A DNA stretch of 39,278 bases from a virus (Duplodnaviria > Caudoviricetes), in IMG/VR virus record IMGVR_UViG_3300012347_000137, positions 1 through 39,278 of that record; one strand, written 5' to 3'. Made by a program: the position numbers and the translations under genes. The notes below the pieces were generated by a model. That model worked only from the letters and a program-made list of their open reading frames with translations. It did no database searches and was not told where the DNA came from. Shown here in pieces: positions 9,201 through 17,446 of this stretch (position 1 is its first letter; the number at the start of each line of letters is the position of its first letter).

Positions 9201-12200
9201 ATGGCGAATGGGTTTCTGCATCATCGCCGCGCACGCACTCGACTATGTTCTCAGCCAAAGACGAAGTGGTTGAGCGCGGCATCAAGCCAGAGGCACCAGC
9301 CGAAACAGCAGCCGAAGCACAAAACAAAATCGCAGACTTTGGCCAGAAGATTGGTGGCGCACGCAAAGACGTGTGGACTTCATTCAAGGACCAACTTGGC
9401 GAAGTCGTGGACGACGACATTGCATTGCAACCACTTTCCAAAGTTTGGCCACAACCAGACTATCAAGCATTGCTCGATGGCGGCACAGACCCTTGGACCG
9501 TGGCATTCATTCGCGCAGCACGCGACGAAATCCCAGCCAAGCCACGCCAGAGCTACAAGGTCAAGCGCTGGGCCGAGCAAGTAAAGACGCTTCGCTCTTT
9601 CGCCAACTTACTCATGGGCGAAAAAGAATCCGAAACAGGCACAGCCAAAAAGTTCATTGAGAAGTCGCAAACCATCAAACCACTCTTGGGACGCGTCGAG
9701 CTTTATTTGGAAGTCGGCCACGGCAAATCGCTCGATGGCATCACCATGCAGGAAAACTTCTATTCGCTCTACGCGGGTGAGAAGAACGTGACCAAGTGGG
9801 TGATTGAACAAAAGACGAAATCAAGTTCATTTGGTAGCTGGCCGCGCTCAGTTGCCGCAGGCAATACCAAAGAAGAAGTCGTCGCCAAGTTCAAAGCGCT
9901 CTATGAGGGTTTGGCCAGTAAGGACGACGCCAAGAAGCAAGTCACCTTCGATATTTATTCAAAGCACCGTGTCGATGGCTTCTTCGTTGGCAAGAAGCTA
10001 GGCCGCAATTACATCGACTTGGCCGGGCCATTCACCACGGTCAAAGAGGCACGCACCTACAAAGCCGAAAGCCAAGCCGAGTTGGTGGACAAGTTGGAGA
10101 AGGCAAAAGAAATCCCACGCGAGCGCCGCGACATGAACGAGCCACGCGTTGGTGAAGACATGCGCAATGGCCAAGACGTGACGCCACAAATGTTTGGCGC
10201 TGCCTTTGGTTTCCGTGGTGTTGAGTTTGGCAACTGGGTGGAGCAAGGCAGACGCCAACAAGATTTGAATGACGCATTCGACGCGCTCATGGACATGGCC
10301 GCAGTGTTGAACATTCCGGCCAAAGCAATCTCATTGAATGGCGAGCTTGGCCTTGCATTTGGTGCGCGTGGTAGCGGTGGCGTAAGCCCTGCCGCTGCAC
10401 ACTATGAGCGCGACAAGGTGGTGATTAACCTCACCAAGAAAAATGGCGCTGGCAGTCTTGGCCATGAATGGTGGCACGCACTCGACAACTACTTCTCACG
10501 CAAGCGTAACAAAGCCGACGGCATGATGACAGACGCCCTCGATGTGAAGCTCGCTTCAACTGGTAGCAAGTATTTGTATCAAGACAAAGGTGTGCGCAAA
10601 GAAATGGTGGACGCTTATGGCGTCGTGATGAAGGCGATTAACTCGACGGCCATCAAGGCACGCTCTGCACAACTCGACGGAAAGCGCAGCAAAGACTACT
10701 GGACCACCGACGTGGAAATGTCGGCACGCGCCTTTGAGAGTTATTTGATTGCAAAGCTGCAAGACCAAAACGCATCAAACGATTACTTGGCCAACATCGT
10801 TGACCCTGAAACTTGGGATGCGATGGCAGCGCTTGGAATGCAGCTTGATGAAAGCTACCCCTACCCAACAGCGGGAGAAATCCCAGCAATTCGCGCCGGG
10901 TTTGATGAGTTCTTTAAGACAACGGAAAACCGCGAGACTGACAAAGGCGTTGAGATTTACAGCGCCAGCAATGGCAAGCCCGTCAATATTTCTGAGCGCT
11001 TAACCCCGTCGGCGATTGAAGAAGAAATCGGCTATGCGCTCGCGAAGTTCGCGCATAAACCCGTAATTCGGGTGCTTGATACTGCGGTCGGGGTACTTCC
11101 GGGGGCAAGCGATAGTGATGGAATTTCCGGAGCTTTGCACGACTCCAGCATTTATCTTTTCCGTGATTTCCTCCATAGTCGAACCGAAGTACAACGGACG
11201 TTTTTCCATGAAATGCTCCACTATGGCTTGCGCCGATTTTTGACCAAAGACCAGTTTATAACCCAAATGAGCAAGCTCTACGAGCGAGACAGCTACATCA
11301 AAAAAGATGCAGACGCTTGGGTTCAAACCGAAGTTGGACAACGCACAAAGGCGACGTATGGCGAGGCATACGCAAAAGCGCGTGGCGTTGATGAAGCCTT
11401 GGCTATCTTTGCAGAGGAAAACCGCAGCGGCACGCTAGACAAACCCGTGCTTGAGCGCGTGCGCTCTGTGATGACCAAGTGGCTGGCACAACTGGCTGAC
11501 TTCTTTGGTTTCAAGCAATATGCTGCCGACTTGCGTTCCGTAAAAAATGATGAAGCCCACGCGCTCATCAACGAAATTTTCGGCAAGATGGAGGTGGACG
11601 CATCGCCAGCCATCGACGCTTGGAATGACATGCAAGACGTGCCATTCTCAATGAGGGGCGAAGAACAGCAGGCAGACCAAGCCGAATTGGACCTTGGCCA
11701 ACCCGCTCGCAACTTCGAGCCTATCAACGTCAAAGACGCATTCAGTCGTGAGGTGGATGCCAGCGGGCGAAAGCAGTATGTGCTTGGCCGAAAGCTCTAC
11801 GACCGGATGGCAACCTATGCCACGGACTACTTGGGACGGGCAAAGCTGGCCGACAACCGACCAACTGAGTTCAAGCAGATGATGCGTCAATTCCGTGTGG
11901 ACCAGAACAAGGCCACCGAAAGCGCAAAGGCCATTGCAGAGAAGGGCATGGACTTGACGCCAGAGCAACGCGTGCTCTTGTCAGACATGATTGAGAACCA
12001 AGTCAAAGTGGCTGACGTGCCACCACAAGAAATGGTGGAGCTGGCCGCGTCAATCACTGCGGCTTTGGAAACACAAGCCAATGAGTTGGTTGAGCTTGGC
12101 ATGTTGTCCGAAGAACGCTTGGTCAAAGACTACCTGCCGCGCCTATACAAGACGCCACTCATTGCCCAACTGAGCAACAAGCAAATGTTTATGTCGTGGT

Positions 12201-14071
12201 TCACCAAAACCCGCATGAAGATTCGCGGCGCTCGCTTGCAATCACGCGGCTTGGTCAATGAAGTGCCGATTGAAAAGGTCAAGCTGGCCGAGAAATTCGG
12301 TTGGAAGGTTTCGAGTTTGGCCGATGGTGACAACCTGCCGCAAAACTTGTTGGACGTGCTCAATTCGGGCGGCAAGATTCCAGCGAAATACAACGGCACC
12401 AAGATTGTCATGTGGCGCGACTTCACCGAGAGCGAGCGGCAGGACATGGGCGAAGTGCGCGACGCGGTGTTGCGCTATGCAATGGGGTATGTTGAAACTC
12501 AGCGTGACGTGGCCATTGGCCGCTTGTTCAAGTCCGTGGCCAACAATCCCGACTTGGCCAAGACGTACAACCCCGGCGGCTGGGTGCAGGTGCCCAACGT
12601 CGAAATCAAAGGCGCACCCGGCACCAAGACCTATGGCGCACTGGCTGGCATGTACGTCGAGCCACAAGTGGCCGATTCACTCAAGCGCAACACCCAACCC
12701 AAGGGTGTGCTCATGGCGGCATACGACAAGGCGCTTGGCTGGTGGAAAGAAGGCAAGACCGTTTGGAACCCAGTTAGCCACGGCAACAACGTGGTGAGCA
12801 ACGTGTTCGTGATGCACTTCGCTGGCTTGAACCCGGCCAACCCTGCCAACTGGCGCAACACTGTGCGCGAATACCGCACCAAGGGCCAGTATTACAAAGA
12901 GGCGGTGGACAAAGGCTTGTTCGGTACCGAGTGGGCAACGATGGAAATTCAAAACTTGCTCATGCCCGACTTGGCAGATATGGCCGACATGGAGAGCGTG
13001 GCAAGTTCGCGCTTTTCTAAGATGGCCGAATTCCTGAAAAAGACAGGCAAGCCCGTGAGCTGGTACCGCGAGAACATGCAGCGAGCCTATGAGTTCGAAG
13101 ACCAGTTCTTCAAGTTGATGATTTACGCTGACCGTCGCAAAGCAGGCATGACGCCAGAGCAAGCCATCGAAGACACCGAGCGCTATATCTTCAACTACGC
13201 AGACATGCCAGAAGGTGTGGAGAACATTAAGCGGATTTACAGCCCATTTTTCTCATACACCTACAAAGCCGTGCCGATGGTGATTCACACGGCCATGCAC
13301 CATCCCGACCGCTTAATTGCGCCCATTGCTTTGCTCGCTGGTGCCAACTGGCTGGGCTACCTTATCAGCGGTGGCGACGAAGACAAAGAGCGCAAGGGAT
13401 TGCCGGACTACATGCAAGGCCGCTCTGCCATTGGTACCCAAAAAGCAGTGCGGATGCCGTTCAACGTCGAAGGCAAACCAGCCTTCATGGATGTGACGCG
13501 ACGCGTGCCGCTGGGTGACTTGTTCGACGTGAACAACCAAACCAATGGCCTGCCAGTGCCAGCGCCTTTGATGCCTTCGCATCCATTGCTTTCAATGACC
13601 GCGGCTATTGCATGGAACGTGGACACATTCAGCGGCAAGGACTTGGTGAAGAAGTCAGACACGCCTTGGGAGGCAGCGCAAATCCGTGCTGGCTACATTT
13701 ACAAGCAGCTCACGCCCAACGCTCCATTTGTGCCGGGAAGCTACAACTTCAACAAGCTCATGGATTCGGCGGCATACACCTTTGACACCGAGTTTGGACC
13801 GTACACCGGGCGCACCAAGGCAGGCGACCCAGTGCCACTTTCCACAACGCTGCCCGACGTGTTGACTGGTACCAAGATTCGAGCCGTGGACCCTGAGCGC
13901 GGCATCGAGTACAAGCGTGCCGACATCGCAAAAGAAGAACGCGAAATCCGCGCCAACATGCGAAGCGCAAACCGCAACCAGTCAATGACAAACGACAGTC
14001 GCGAGCGCTACAACCAAGAGCAACGCGACAAGCTCGACACACTGCGAACCAAGCGCGGCGAGCTGCAATAA
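6230..14071 (+). CDS. Large polyvalent internal virion protein (LPD-type domains, two zincin-like HExxH motifs, LPD38-like C-terminus)
   Basis: 2,613 aa. Motifs DFGQKIGGARKD, FGFRGVEFGNW...LAFGARG...HEWWHALD, YW..EMSARAFE, FFHEMLHYG, PFFSY...LPDYM. Last gene of the ejection cluster. Confidence 0.75.
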   Translation: MALREFDGKLDETPKLKEFTGNLDGDGQSSVLGDAGAAIKSLFSPKPESVMEGLPPNPAAFDFSTASRLSRKLDDNAQRQKDFGTIGPIVGPKPSTMSIINGLFTDVVAGGKAARAGINQMAGDMAGSEYLQDKARRERGQADLMTAVNTPDFESDTARAVYGGLSSTARMVPSLAAAIVTKNPELALGGMVAPMVPDAYGKYRQRGATPGEALPAAVGEAGIEYFTEKMPMGFLVKNFGKVGATKMITGFIARDALPEQVATLTQDAIDTAVANPDKTWGEYMAERPGAAYQTLVATGTQAGLMGGANAAMNRLSRSQAPAQSTEPTAADYQAAVQKIFGTGQAPTAPVQQSPVSQPQAAQITPVLPAPQEVEQAPQQAIQSLAQLITSTATQDSPLNVPKLTPVADDIKLDTETQANGAENVLQPVDSNAVGAGTLDPAAGVESVQRVLDTGKLDITGNAATEPTVRTAPLEPAGQLPEQIAPATEQPAANVAAPVTQPATLVATEAGAGGAQPLQAASTPTPKALTGYIGQDGTSIDDGGTPFKSKLEAQKAKKLQPMMRVKQVVGGFVLADKTPAQLAAEEKAAKRIRGANAEAGSKGKPMAAHEFIASRGGMAPSERSDLGIEGNVKIGNRWLFAGKGKGMTIAQATEALQEAGYLKEDSHNAAYDLIKRSVSNPQYTDEGWEGVAELERQTQFEDYLAQQNEAEDALGPLDASDYTGDTGYEPASEELQAEVRALIEQLEAAGIDSELLMDEAVRENVNKSDEEYYDSAKQKLTNALTQNARSGSNEPNGGNAQGRQGQETVDGSRADSGQVDGQPSNAGPTSEVGQESPDQGLTSYTPQEIEDRLAKLEQAEQERKRLDREAEQNAKAEREAKDIADRQRASSDNFQLGQSAEDSLSGQQDIFSAPAQEEAQAEPAPEATPAAPSKPARKRKESTAELRAKLEDHFAVGNIIKSDYWKTNSRVISFDWNGGNWSVTVEGVGKRDGEWVSASSPRTHSTMFSAKDEVVERGIKPEAPAETAAEAQNKIADFGQKIGGARKDVWTSFKDQLGEVVDDDIALQPLSKVWPQPDYQALLDGGTDPWTVAFIRAARDEIPAKPRQSYKVKRWAEQVKTLRSFANLLMGEKESETGTAKKFIEKSQTIKPLLGRVELYLEVGHGKSLDGITMQENFYSLYAGEKNVTKWVIEQKTKSSSFGSWPRSVAAGNTKEEVVAKFKALYEGLASKDDAKKQVTFDIYSKHRVDGFFVGKKLGRNYIDLAGPFTTVKEARTYKAESQAELVDKLEKAKEIPRERRDMNEPRVGEDMRNGQDVTPQMFGAAFGFRGVEFGNWVEQGRRQQDLNDAFDALMDMAAVLNIPAKAISLNGELGLAFGARGSGGVSPAAAHYERDKVVINLTKKNGAGSLGHEWWHALDNYFSRKRNKADGMMTDALDVKLASTGSKYLYQDKGVRKEMVDAYGVVMKAINSTAIKARSAQLDGKRSKDYWTTDVEMSARAFESYLIAKLQDQNASNDYLANIVDPETWDAMAALGMQLDESYPYPTAGEIPAIRAGFDEFFKTTENRETDKGVEIYSASNGKPVNISERLTPSAIEEEIGYALAKFAHKPVIRVLDTAVGVLPGASDSDGISGALHDSSIYLFRDFLHSRTEVQRTFFHEMLHYGLRRFLTKDQFITQMSKLYERDSYIKKDADAWVQTEVGQRTKATYGEAYAKARGVDEALAIFAEENRSGTLDKPVLERVRSVMTKWLAQLADFFGFKQYAADLRSVKNDEAHALINEIFGKMEVDASPAIDAWNDMQDVPFSMRGEEQQADQAELDLGQPARNFEPINVKDAFSREVDASGRKQYVLGRKLYDRMATYATDYLGRAKLADNRPTEFKQMMRQFRVDQNKATESAKAIAEKGMDLTPEQRVLLSDMIENQVKVADVPPQEMVELAASITAALETQANELVELGMLSEERLVKDYLPRLYKTPLIAQLSNKQMFMSWFTKTRMKIRGARLQSRGLVNEVPIEKVKLAEKFGWKVSSLADGDNLPQNLLDVLNSGGKIPAKYNGTKIVMWRDFTESERQDMGEVRDAVLRYAMGYVETQRDVAIGRLFKSVANNPDLAKTYNPGGWVQVPNVEIKGAPGTKTYGALAGMYVEPQVADSLKRNTQPKGVLMAAYDKALGWWKEGKTVWNPVSHGNNVVSNVFVMHFAGLNPANPANWRNTVREYRTKGQYYKEAVDKGLFGTEWATMEIQNLLMPDLADMADMESVASSRFSKMAEFLKKTGKPVSWYRENMQRAYEFEDQFFKLMIYADRRKAGMTPEQAIEDTERYIFNYADMPEGVENIKRIYSPFFSYTYKAVPMVIHTAMHHPDRLIAPIALLAGANWLGYLISGGDEDKERKGLPDYMQGRSAIGTQKAVRMPFNVEGKPAFMDVTRRVPLGDLFDVNNQTNGLPVPAPLMPSHPLLSMTAAIAWNVDTFSGKDLVKKSDTPWEAAQIRAGYIYKQLTPNAPFVPGSYNFNKLMDSAAYTFDTEFGPYTGRTKAGDPVPLSTTLPDVLTGTKIRAVDPERGIEYKRADIAKEEREIRANMRSANRNQSMTNDSRERYNQEQRDKLDTLRTKRGELQ

Positions 14072-14104
14072 ATATCCGCCATTGACTGCACCCACCCATA
14101 GCAT
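14070..14104 (+). promoter_or_regulatory. Putative late promoter (lysis genes): AAATATCCGCC-N18-TAGCAT
   Basis: Same 11-mer and same spacing to a TA-initiated hexamer as at 29735 and 33444. Confidence 0.6.
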
Positions 14105-14124
14105 TACTGCATGGAGGTGCATCA

Positions 14125-14595
14125 ATGAGCGCGATTCTTTCTTTTTTGGGTGGTGCGGCTTTCCGCATGATTTGGGGGCAAGTTGCTGCCGTTTGGACAA
14201 ACGCACAAGACCACAAACATGAGCAAGCCATGCTCGCCTTGCAAGCCGAGTTGGATGACAAACGCCACGCACGCGACTGCGAGCGAATCCGCCTGCAAGC
14301 AGAGCTAGGCGTCAAAGAGGTGATGGTGCAAGCCGACGCCGACATTGCCCGCATCGAGGCCAATGCCTTTTTACTGTCAAGCAGCCGGGCCACTGAGAAG
14401 ACTGGAATTTGGCTAGTCGATTTGTGGAATGGGTCCATTCGCCCGGCAGCCGCATCAATCGCACTTTACCTTTGGGTGGTGGCGCTCAATACCGCTGGCT
14501 GGGTGATGACCGATTGGGACCGTCAGCTTGTTGGCGTCGTCATTGGCTTCTATTTCGCTTCACGCGTGTTGACCCGTGACCAACGAGCAAGCTGA
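14125..14595 (+). CDS. Holin-like membrane protein
   Basis: 156 aa with N-terminal hydrophobic segment, coiled coil, and IRP followed by two TM segments ending GFYFASR. Overlaps the endolysin start. RBS GGAGG. Confidence 0.65.
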   Translation: MSAILSFLGGAAFRMIWGQVAAVWTNAQDHKHEQAMLALQAELDDKRHARDCERIRLQAELGVKEVMVQADADIARIEANAFLLSSSRATEKTGIWLVDLWNGSIRPAAASIALYLWVVALNTAGWVMTDWDRQLVGVVIGFYFASRVLTRDQRAS

Positions 14596-15007
14596 CTTGG
14601 CCGCGCTCTACGCGCTGATTCGCACCTTTGAAGGGTGCAAGCTGGTGCCGTACTTGTGCCCGGCTGGCGTGTGGACGTGTGGCTGGGGTTCAACTGGCCC
14701 CGACGTTTTCCCCGGCAGGGCATGGACCCAAGAGTATGCCGACCAGCGAATGCGAATGGACGCACTCAAATTTGCACGCGGAACGCTTGCACTTTGCCCA
14801 AACCTCAAAGGCGACCGACTAAGCGCCATTGCTGACTTTGCCTACAACGTGGGGCTTGGTGCCTTGATGGCGTCAACGCTCCGTCGGGTTGTCAATGCTG
14901 GCGCTTGGGACCAAGCAAAAACTCAACTCATGCGCTGGGTGCGTGGCGGTGGCCGCGTGCTGCCCGGCCTAGTTAAACGCAGGACTGCCGAATCGAATTT
15001 GCTCTGA
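14576..15007 (+). CDS. Endolysin, GH24 lysozyme
   Basis: FEG-x-L-x-PYLCPAGVWTCGWGST catalytic region, FAYNVG motif, C-terminal LPGLVKRR. Confidence 0.93.
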   Translation: MTNEQADLAALYALIRTFEGCKLVPYLCPAGVWTCGWGSTGPDVFPGRAWTQEYADQRMRMDALKFARGTLALCPNLKGDRLSAIADFAYNVGLGALMASTLRRVVNAGAWDQAKTQLMRWVRGGGRVLPGLVKRRTAESNLL

Positions 15008-15013
15008 CACCGC

Positions 15014-15144
15014 CACCATTACCGTGAAGTCCACACGGCGCACCAAGGCGGCAATATTGGTGCGGGAGACCTTACCGTGACGGCCACGGATGGATGGTGC
15101 CGATAGCGCAGCCCCCAGCCCCACAAGGGTAGTCGTATGGGGGC
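15014..15144. ncRNA. Candidate structured element downstream of endolysin
   Basis: CACCAT/ATGGTG encloses three hairpins, two sharing TTACCGTGA...CACGG, followed by a GCCCCCA/TGGGGGC hairpin. No ORF. Confidence 0.35.
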
Positions 15145-15193
15145 ACCTTTTCGCCCAAAATCATTTCCGCATCTACTGCCAGCACCCTAGTAA

Positions 15194-15206
15194 AATCAAC
15201 GGCTTA
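15194..15206 (+). promoter_or_regulatory. IHF binding site
   Basis: AATCAACGGCTTA matches WATCAANNNNTTR. Confidence 0.75.
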
Positions 15207-15247
15207 GAGTATGCAAAAGACAGTGAGTTGCGGAAATGAAATTACTG

Positions 15248-15260
15248 TAAGGTGTTGATT
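15248..15260 (-). promoter_or_regulatory. IHF binding site
   Basis: Reverse complement AATCAACACCTTA matches WATCAANNNNTTR. Confidence 0.75.
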
Positions 15261-15394
15261 TTTATGATAAACACGGAAGACTTGAAAGCCGGTGCATTGG
15301 TTGGCGAAGCCAGTATTCATGCGGGTTTCAGCAAATCGTTTCCGCAACTTGCGGAAATCGTTTCCGCAACCCGTAGAATTTGAGTAATGTTTTT

Positions 15395-15484
15395 GGAAGC
15401 GTGTCCGAGCGGTTTAAGGAACTGGTCTTGAAAACCAGCGAGGGTGTGAGCCCTCCGTGAGTTCGAATCTCACCGCTTCCGCCA
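15395..15484 (+). tRNA. trnS: tRNA-Ser (anticodon TGA)
   Basis: GGAAGCG/CGCTTCC acceptor stem, CTGGT-CTTGAAA-ACCAG anticodon arm, long variable arm, GTTCGAATC T loop, discriminator G and encoded CCA. 90 nt. Confidence 0.97.
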
Positions 15485-15489
15485 AATGC

Positions 15490-15520
15490 AAAAAGGGCTC
15501 CACACGGAGCCCTTTTTCTT
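15490..15520. terminator. Bidirectional rho-independent terminator between tRNA and integrase
   Basis: AAAAAGGGCTCC-ACAC-GGAGCCCTTTTT. Confidence 0.9.
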
Positions 15521-15536
15521 GACTGGGTTTTGATTG

Positions 15537-16598
15537 TCAGCGTGTCGGCTGGACCACCTCACCGACCCGGCGATATACCTTCTCAGTGATTTCTTGCTCA
15601 GTGTGGCCAAGCAACTTGCTTGCGTGCTCAAGCGGCAATTCGGATGCAGCCTTCGGGCGAATGTCGCGGAATTGGAAATCCTTAATGCTCTTGGCCAACT
15701 CCAACTGCCCGGCTTCTGTGGCTACCTTGATGGCGGCTTCACGGGCATCGTCAAAGCGCGTGCGCAGCGTCCACTTGTTGAGTGCCACCCCGCTTCGTGT
15801 GGCAATGAGAAAGAGGCTGGCCACCTTGCGGTCGCGCGCGCGGATTCGGTCAATCACGCGGCCCAGCTCTGAGCGCACACCGTTTTGCTCAAGCATGATG
15901 CGCAGGCGCTTCTTGGTCTTGTTCTGGCGCACCTCAAGCGCACCGTCCTTAATGTCGGTGAGCATCATTTTCAGCACGTCGGCTGGCCGCTGGCCCGTGA
16001 GGTAGTTCACGTCCATTGCGTCCTTGAGTTCGTCGCACGCGTGAGCATAGACGGCGGCCCAAATGGTGTCGTCGGCGTAGAAGTCGCGTGGCTTTTCTTT
16101 GTTCTTGCGCACGCCCTTTGCCGGGTTTTCCTTGGCGGTGTAACCCCATTCGCGGGCCATGTTGAAAACGTGCGAGAGCATGGAAATTTCACGGTTGGCT
16201 CGCACCGGTGCAGCGGCCCCGCGCTTGTCTCTGTATTGGGCAACGATTTGTGGAGTGATGGCCTCGATTGGGGCGGCATCAAACACGCGTCGCAGGTTCT
16301 TGATGCTGTCGAGATTGTCCTTCTGTGTGCGAGGCGCTTTGGCAGGTACAACGTCGCGCTCATAGCGGTCGAAAATAAAGCGCATGAGGCCCGTTTCGGC
16401 TGGCGCTTCTTTGCATTCCAGCTCTGCCCATTTGCGCTTGGCTTCGTTCAAGTCGTTGCCAAGTGGTATCTCAACGCGTTTGCCGTCGGCGTCGCGTCCG
16501 TTGTAGTAGAACGATTCCCAAACCTTTCCGCTTTTGAGCGTGCGCGAGCGGCGCAGCATACGCGGCGGCAGGTCTCGGTGGTTGGTTTTCGGTCTCAT
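15537..16598 (-). CDS. int: Tyrosine integrase
   Basis: 353 aa with LTGQR, QNKT, FRDIRPKA, LLGH and YRR catalytic motifs plus an N-terminal arm-binding region. Confidence 0.95.
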   Translation of the reverse strand: MRPKTNHRDLPPRMLRRSRTLKSGKVWESFYYNGRDADGKRVEIPLGNDLNEAKRKWAELECKEAPAETGLMRFIFDRYERDVVPAKAPRTQKDNLDSIKNLRRVFDAAPIEAITPQIVAQYRDKRGAAAPVRANREISMLSHVFNMAREWGYTAKENPAKGVRKNKEKPRDFYADDTIWAAVYAHACDELKDAMDVNYLTGQRPADVLKMMLTDIKDGALEVRQNKTKKRLRIMLEQNGVRSELGRVIDRIRARDRKVASLFLIATRSGVALNKWTLRTRFDDAREAAIKVATEAGQLELAKSIKDFQFRDIRPKAASELPLEHASKLLGHTEQEITEKVYRRVGEVVQPTR

Positions 16599-16605
16599 AA
16601 AGTCC

Positions 16606-16839
16606 TCAGCTTAATGCAGAAAAGTCGGGTTTCCAAGCGGCAGGTTGAATGCCGTTGGCCGTTGGGGTTATACCAGCCATGCGCATTCGTGCGTACCAGC
16701 GGCTCACGACGGGCCTGCCAGCGGCGTTGGTGACATAGGCCCAGCCTTTCTTGTCCAGCCATTCTTTCTGGCTGGCAATGTGCTTGTAGCCCGTCACTTC
16801 GCCCAGTTCGTCGGCGTTTAAGAATTCGGTATCAGGCAT
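16606..16839 (-). CDS. xis: Excisionase-like protein (DUF4224-type)
   Basis: 77 aa from ATG 16839, FLNADELGEVTGYK...QKEWL...GRPVV, immediately upstream of int. Confidence 0.8.
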   Translation of the reverse strand: MPDTEFLNADELGEVTGYKHIASQKEWLDKKGWAYVTNAAGRPVVSRWYARMRMAGITPTANGIQPAAWKPDFSALS

Positions 16840-17041
16840 GGTTTTCTTTAGGTGTGCAGGTGTGAATGTGCGGCGTGTCGGACCGTAGCCAAAACTCTTG
16901 CCCACAATCGGGGCACGCGACCTTGCCGCGCTTGCCATAAATCCGCTCCATTGTTTCGCCGTAAGCCGTGTGATTGGTCGGGCGTGTTTTGCCACCTTTG
17001 CCCGCTTCGCGGTGTTGTAGTGGTGCGTGTTCTTCGCTCAT
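16832..17041 (-). CDS. Small Zn-binding hypothetical protein
   Basis: 69 aa, CPDC...HTC, RBS GGGGA, overlaps xis start. Confidence 0.6.
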   Translation of the reverse strand: MSEEHAPLQHREAGKGGKTRPTNHTAYGETMERIYGKRGKVACPDCGQEFWLRSDTPHIHTCTPKENHA

Positions 17042-17050
17042 GTTGTCCCC

Positions 17051-17446
17051 TTATGCGTGTGCGGCAGCGCGGCGCTCGGCTCGCAGCGTGTCGCGTGATT
17101 TGCCCATGTTGAAAACGCTGTTCATTGCAAACAATGCGTGGCGCTTGCGCTCATAGCGGCGTCGGTTGTCTAAAGTGCTGGCCTTTGGCTTCTTGGTGTC
17201 GGGCTTTGCGCCCAACGCATAGATGGCGCGTGGATAGCGGCGCTGGCCTTCTGCATCGAACACCCAGCCAGTGATGTAGATTTGCTTGCCAGTGCGCGGC
17301 GTGTCTTTGTGCAGGCGCGACACAATGGCCGCGATTGATTCCTTGTCAACGCCCACGGCTTCTTGAATCTCTGAGCGTGTCATTGGTCCAAGCTCGGCCA
17401 GTCCCTTGAGAATGGCTTTTGTGGTTTGTCCATACTTCACACGCAT
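17051..17446 (-). CDS. Winged-HTH DNA-binding protein
   Basis: 131 aa from ATG 17446, overlapping the upstream stop. ILKGLAELGPMTRSEIQEAVGVDKESIAAIVSRL pattern. Confidence 0.7.
   Translation of the reverse strand: MRVKYGQTTKAILKGLAELGPMTRSEIQEAVGVDKESIAAIVSRLHKDTPRTGKQIYITGWVFDAEGQRRYPRAIYALGAKPDTKKPKASTLDNRRRYERKRHALFAMNSVFNMGKSRDTLRAERRAAAHA

Larger units (their letters stand above)
15161..15370. mobile_element. attP region (integrase arm sites, IHF sites, putative core CTTGAAA at 15281-15287)
   Basis: Five TTTCCGCA(AC)-type sites in both orientations (15164, 15227, 15339, 15349, 15361), two IHF consensus matches, located at the 3' end of int. Confidence 0.8.

Noticed and set aside
15333-15370. 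Mini-CRISPR array from the 16-bp direct repeat AAATCGTTTCCGCAAC
   Set aside because: Only two copies 6 nt apart with inverted copies nearby, which fits integrase arm sites.
15395-15484. Suppressor or selenocysteine tRNA implying genetic-code reassignment
   Set aside because: Anticodon TGA reads UCA (Ser), and genes terminate normally at TAA, TGA and TAG.
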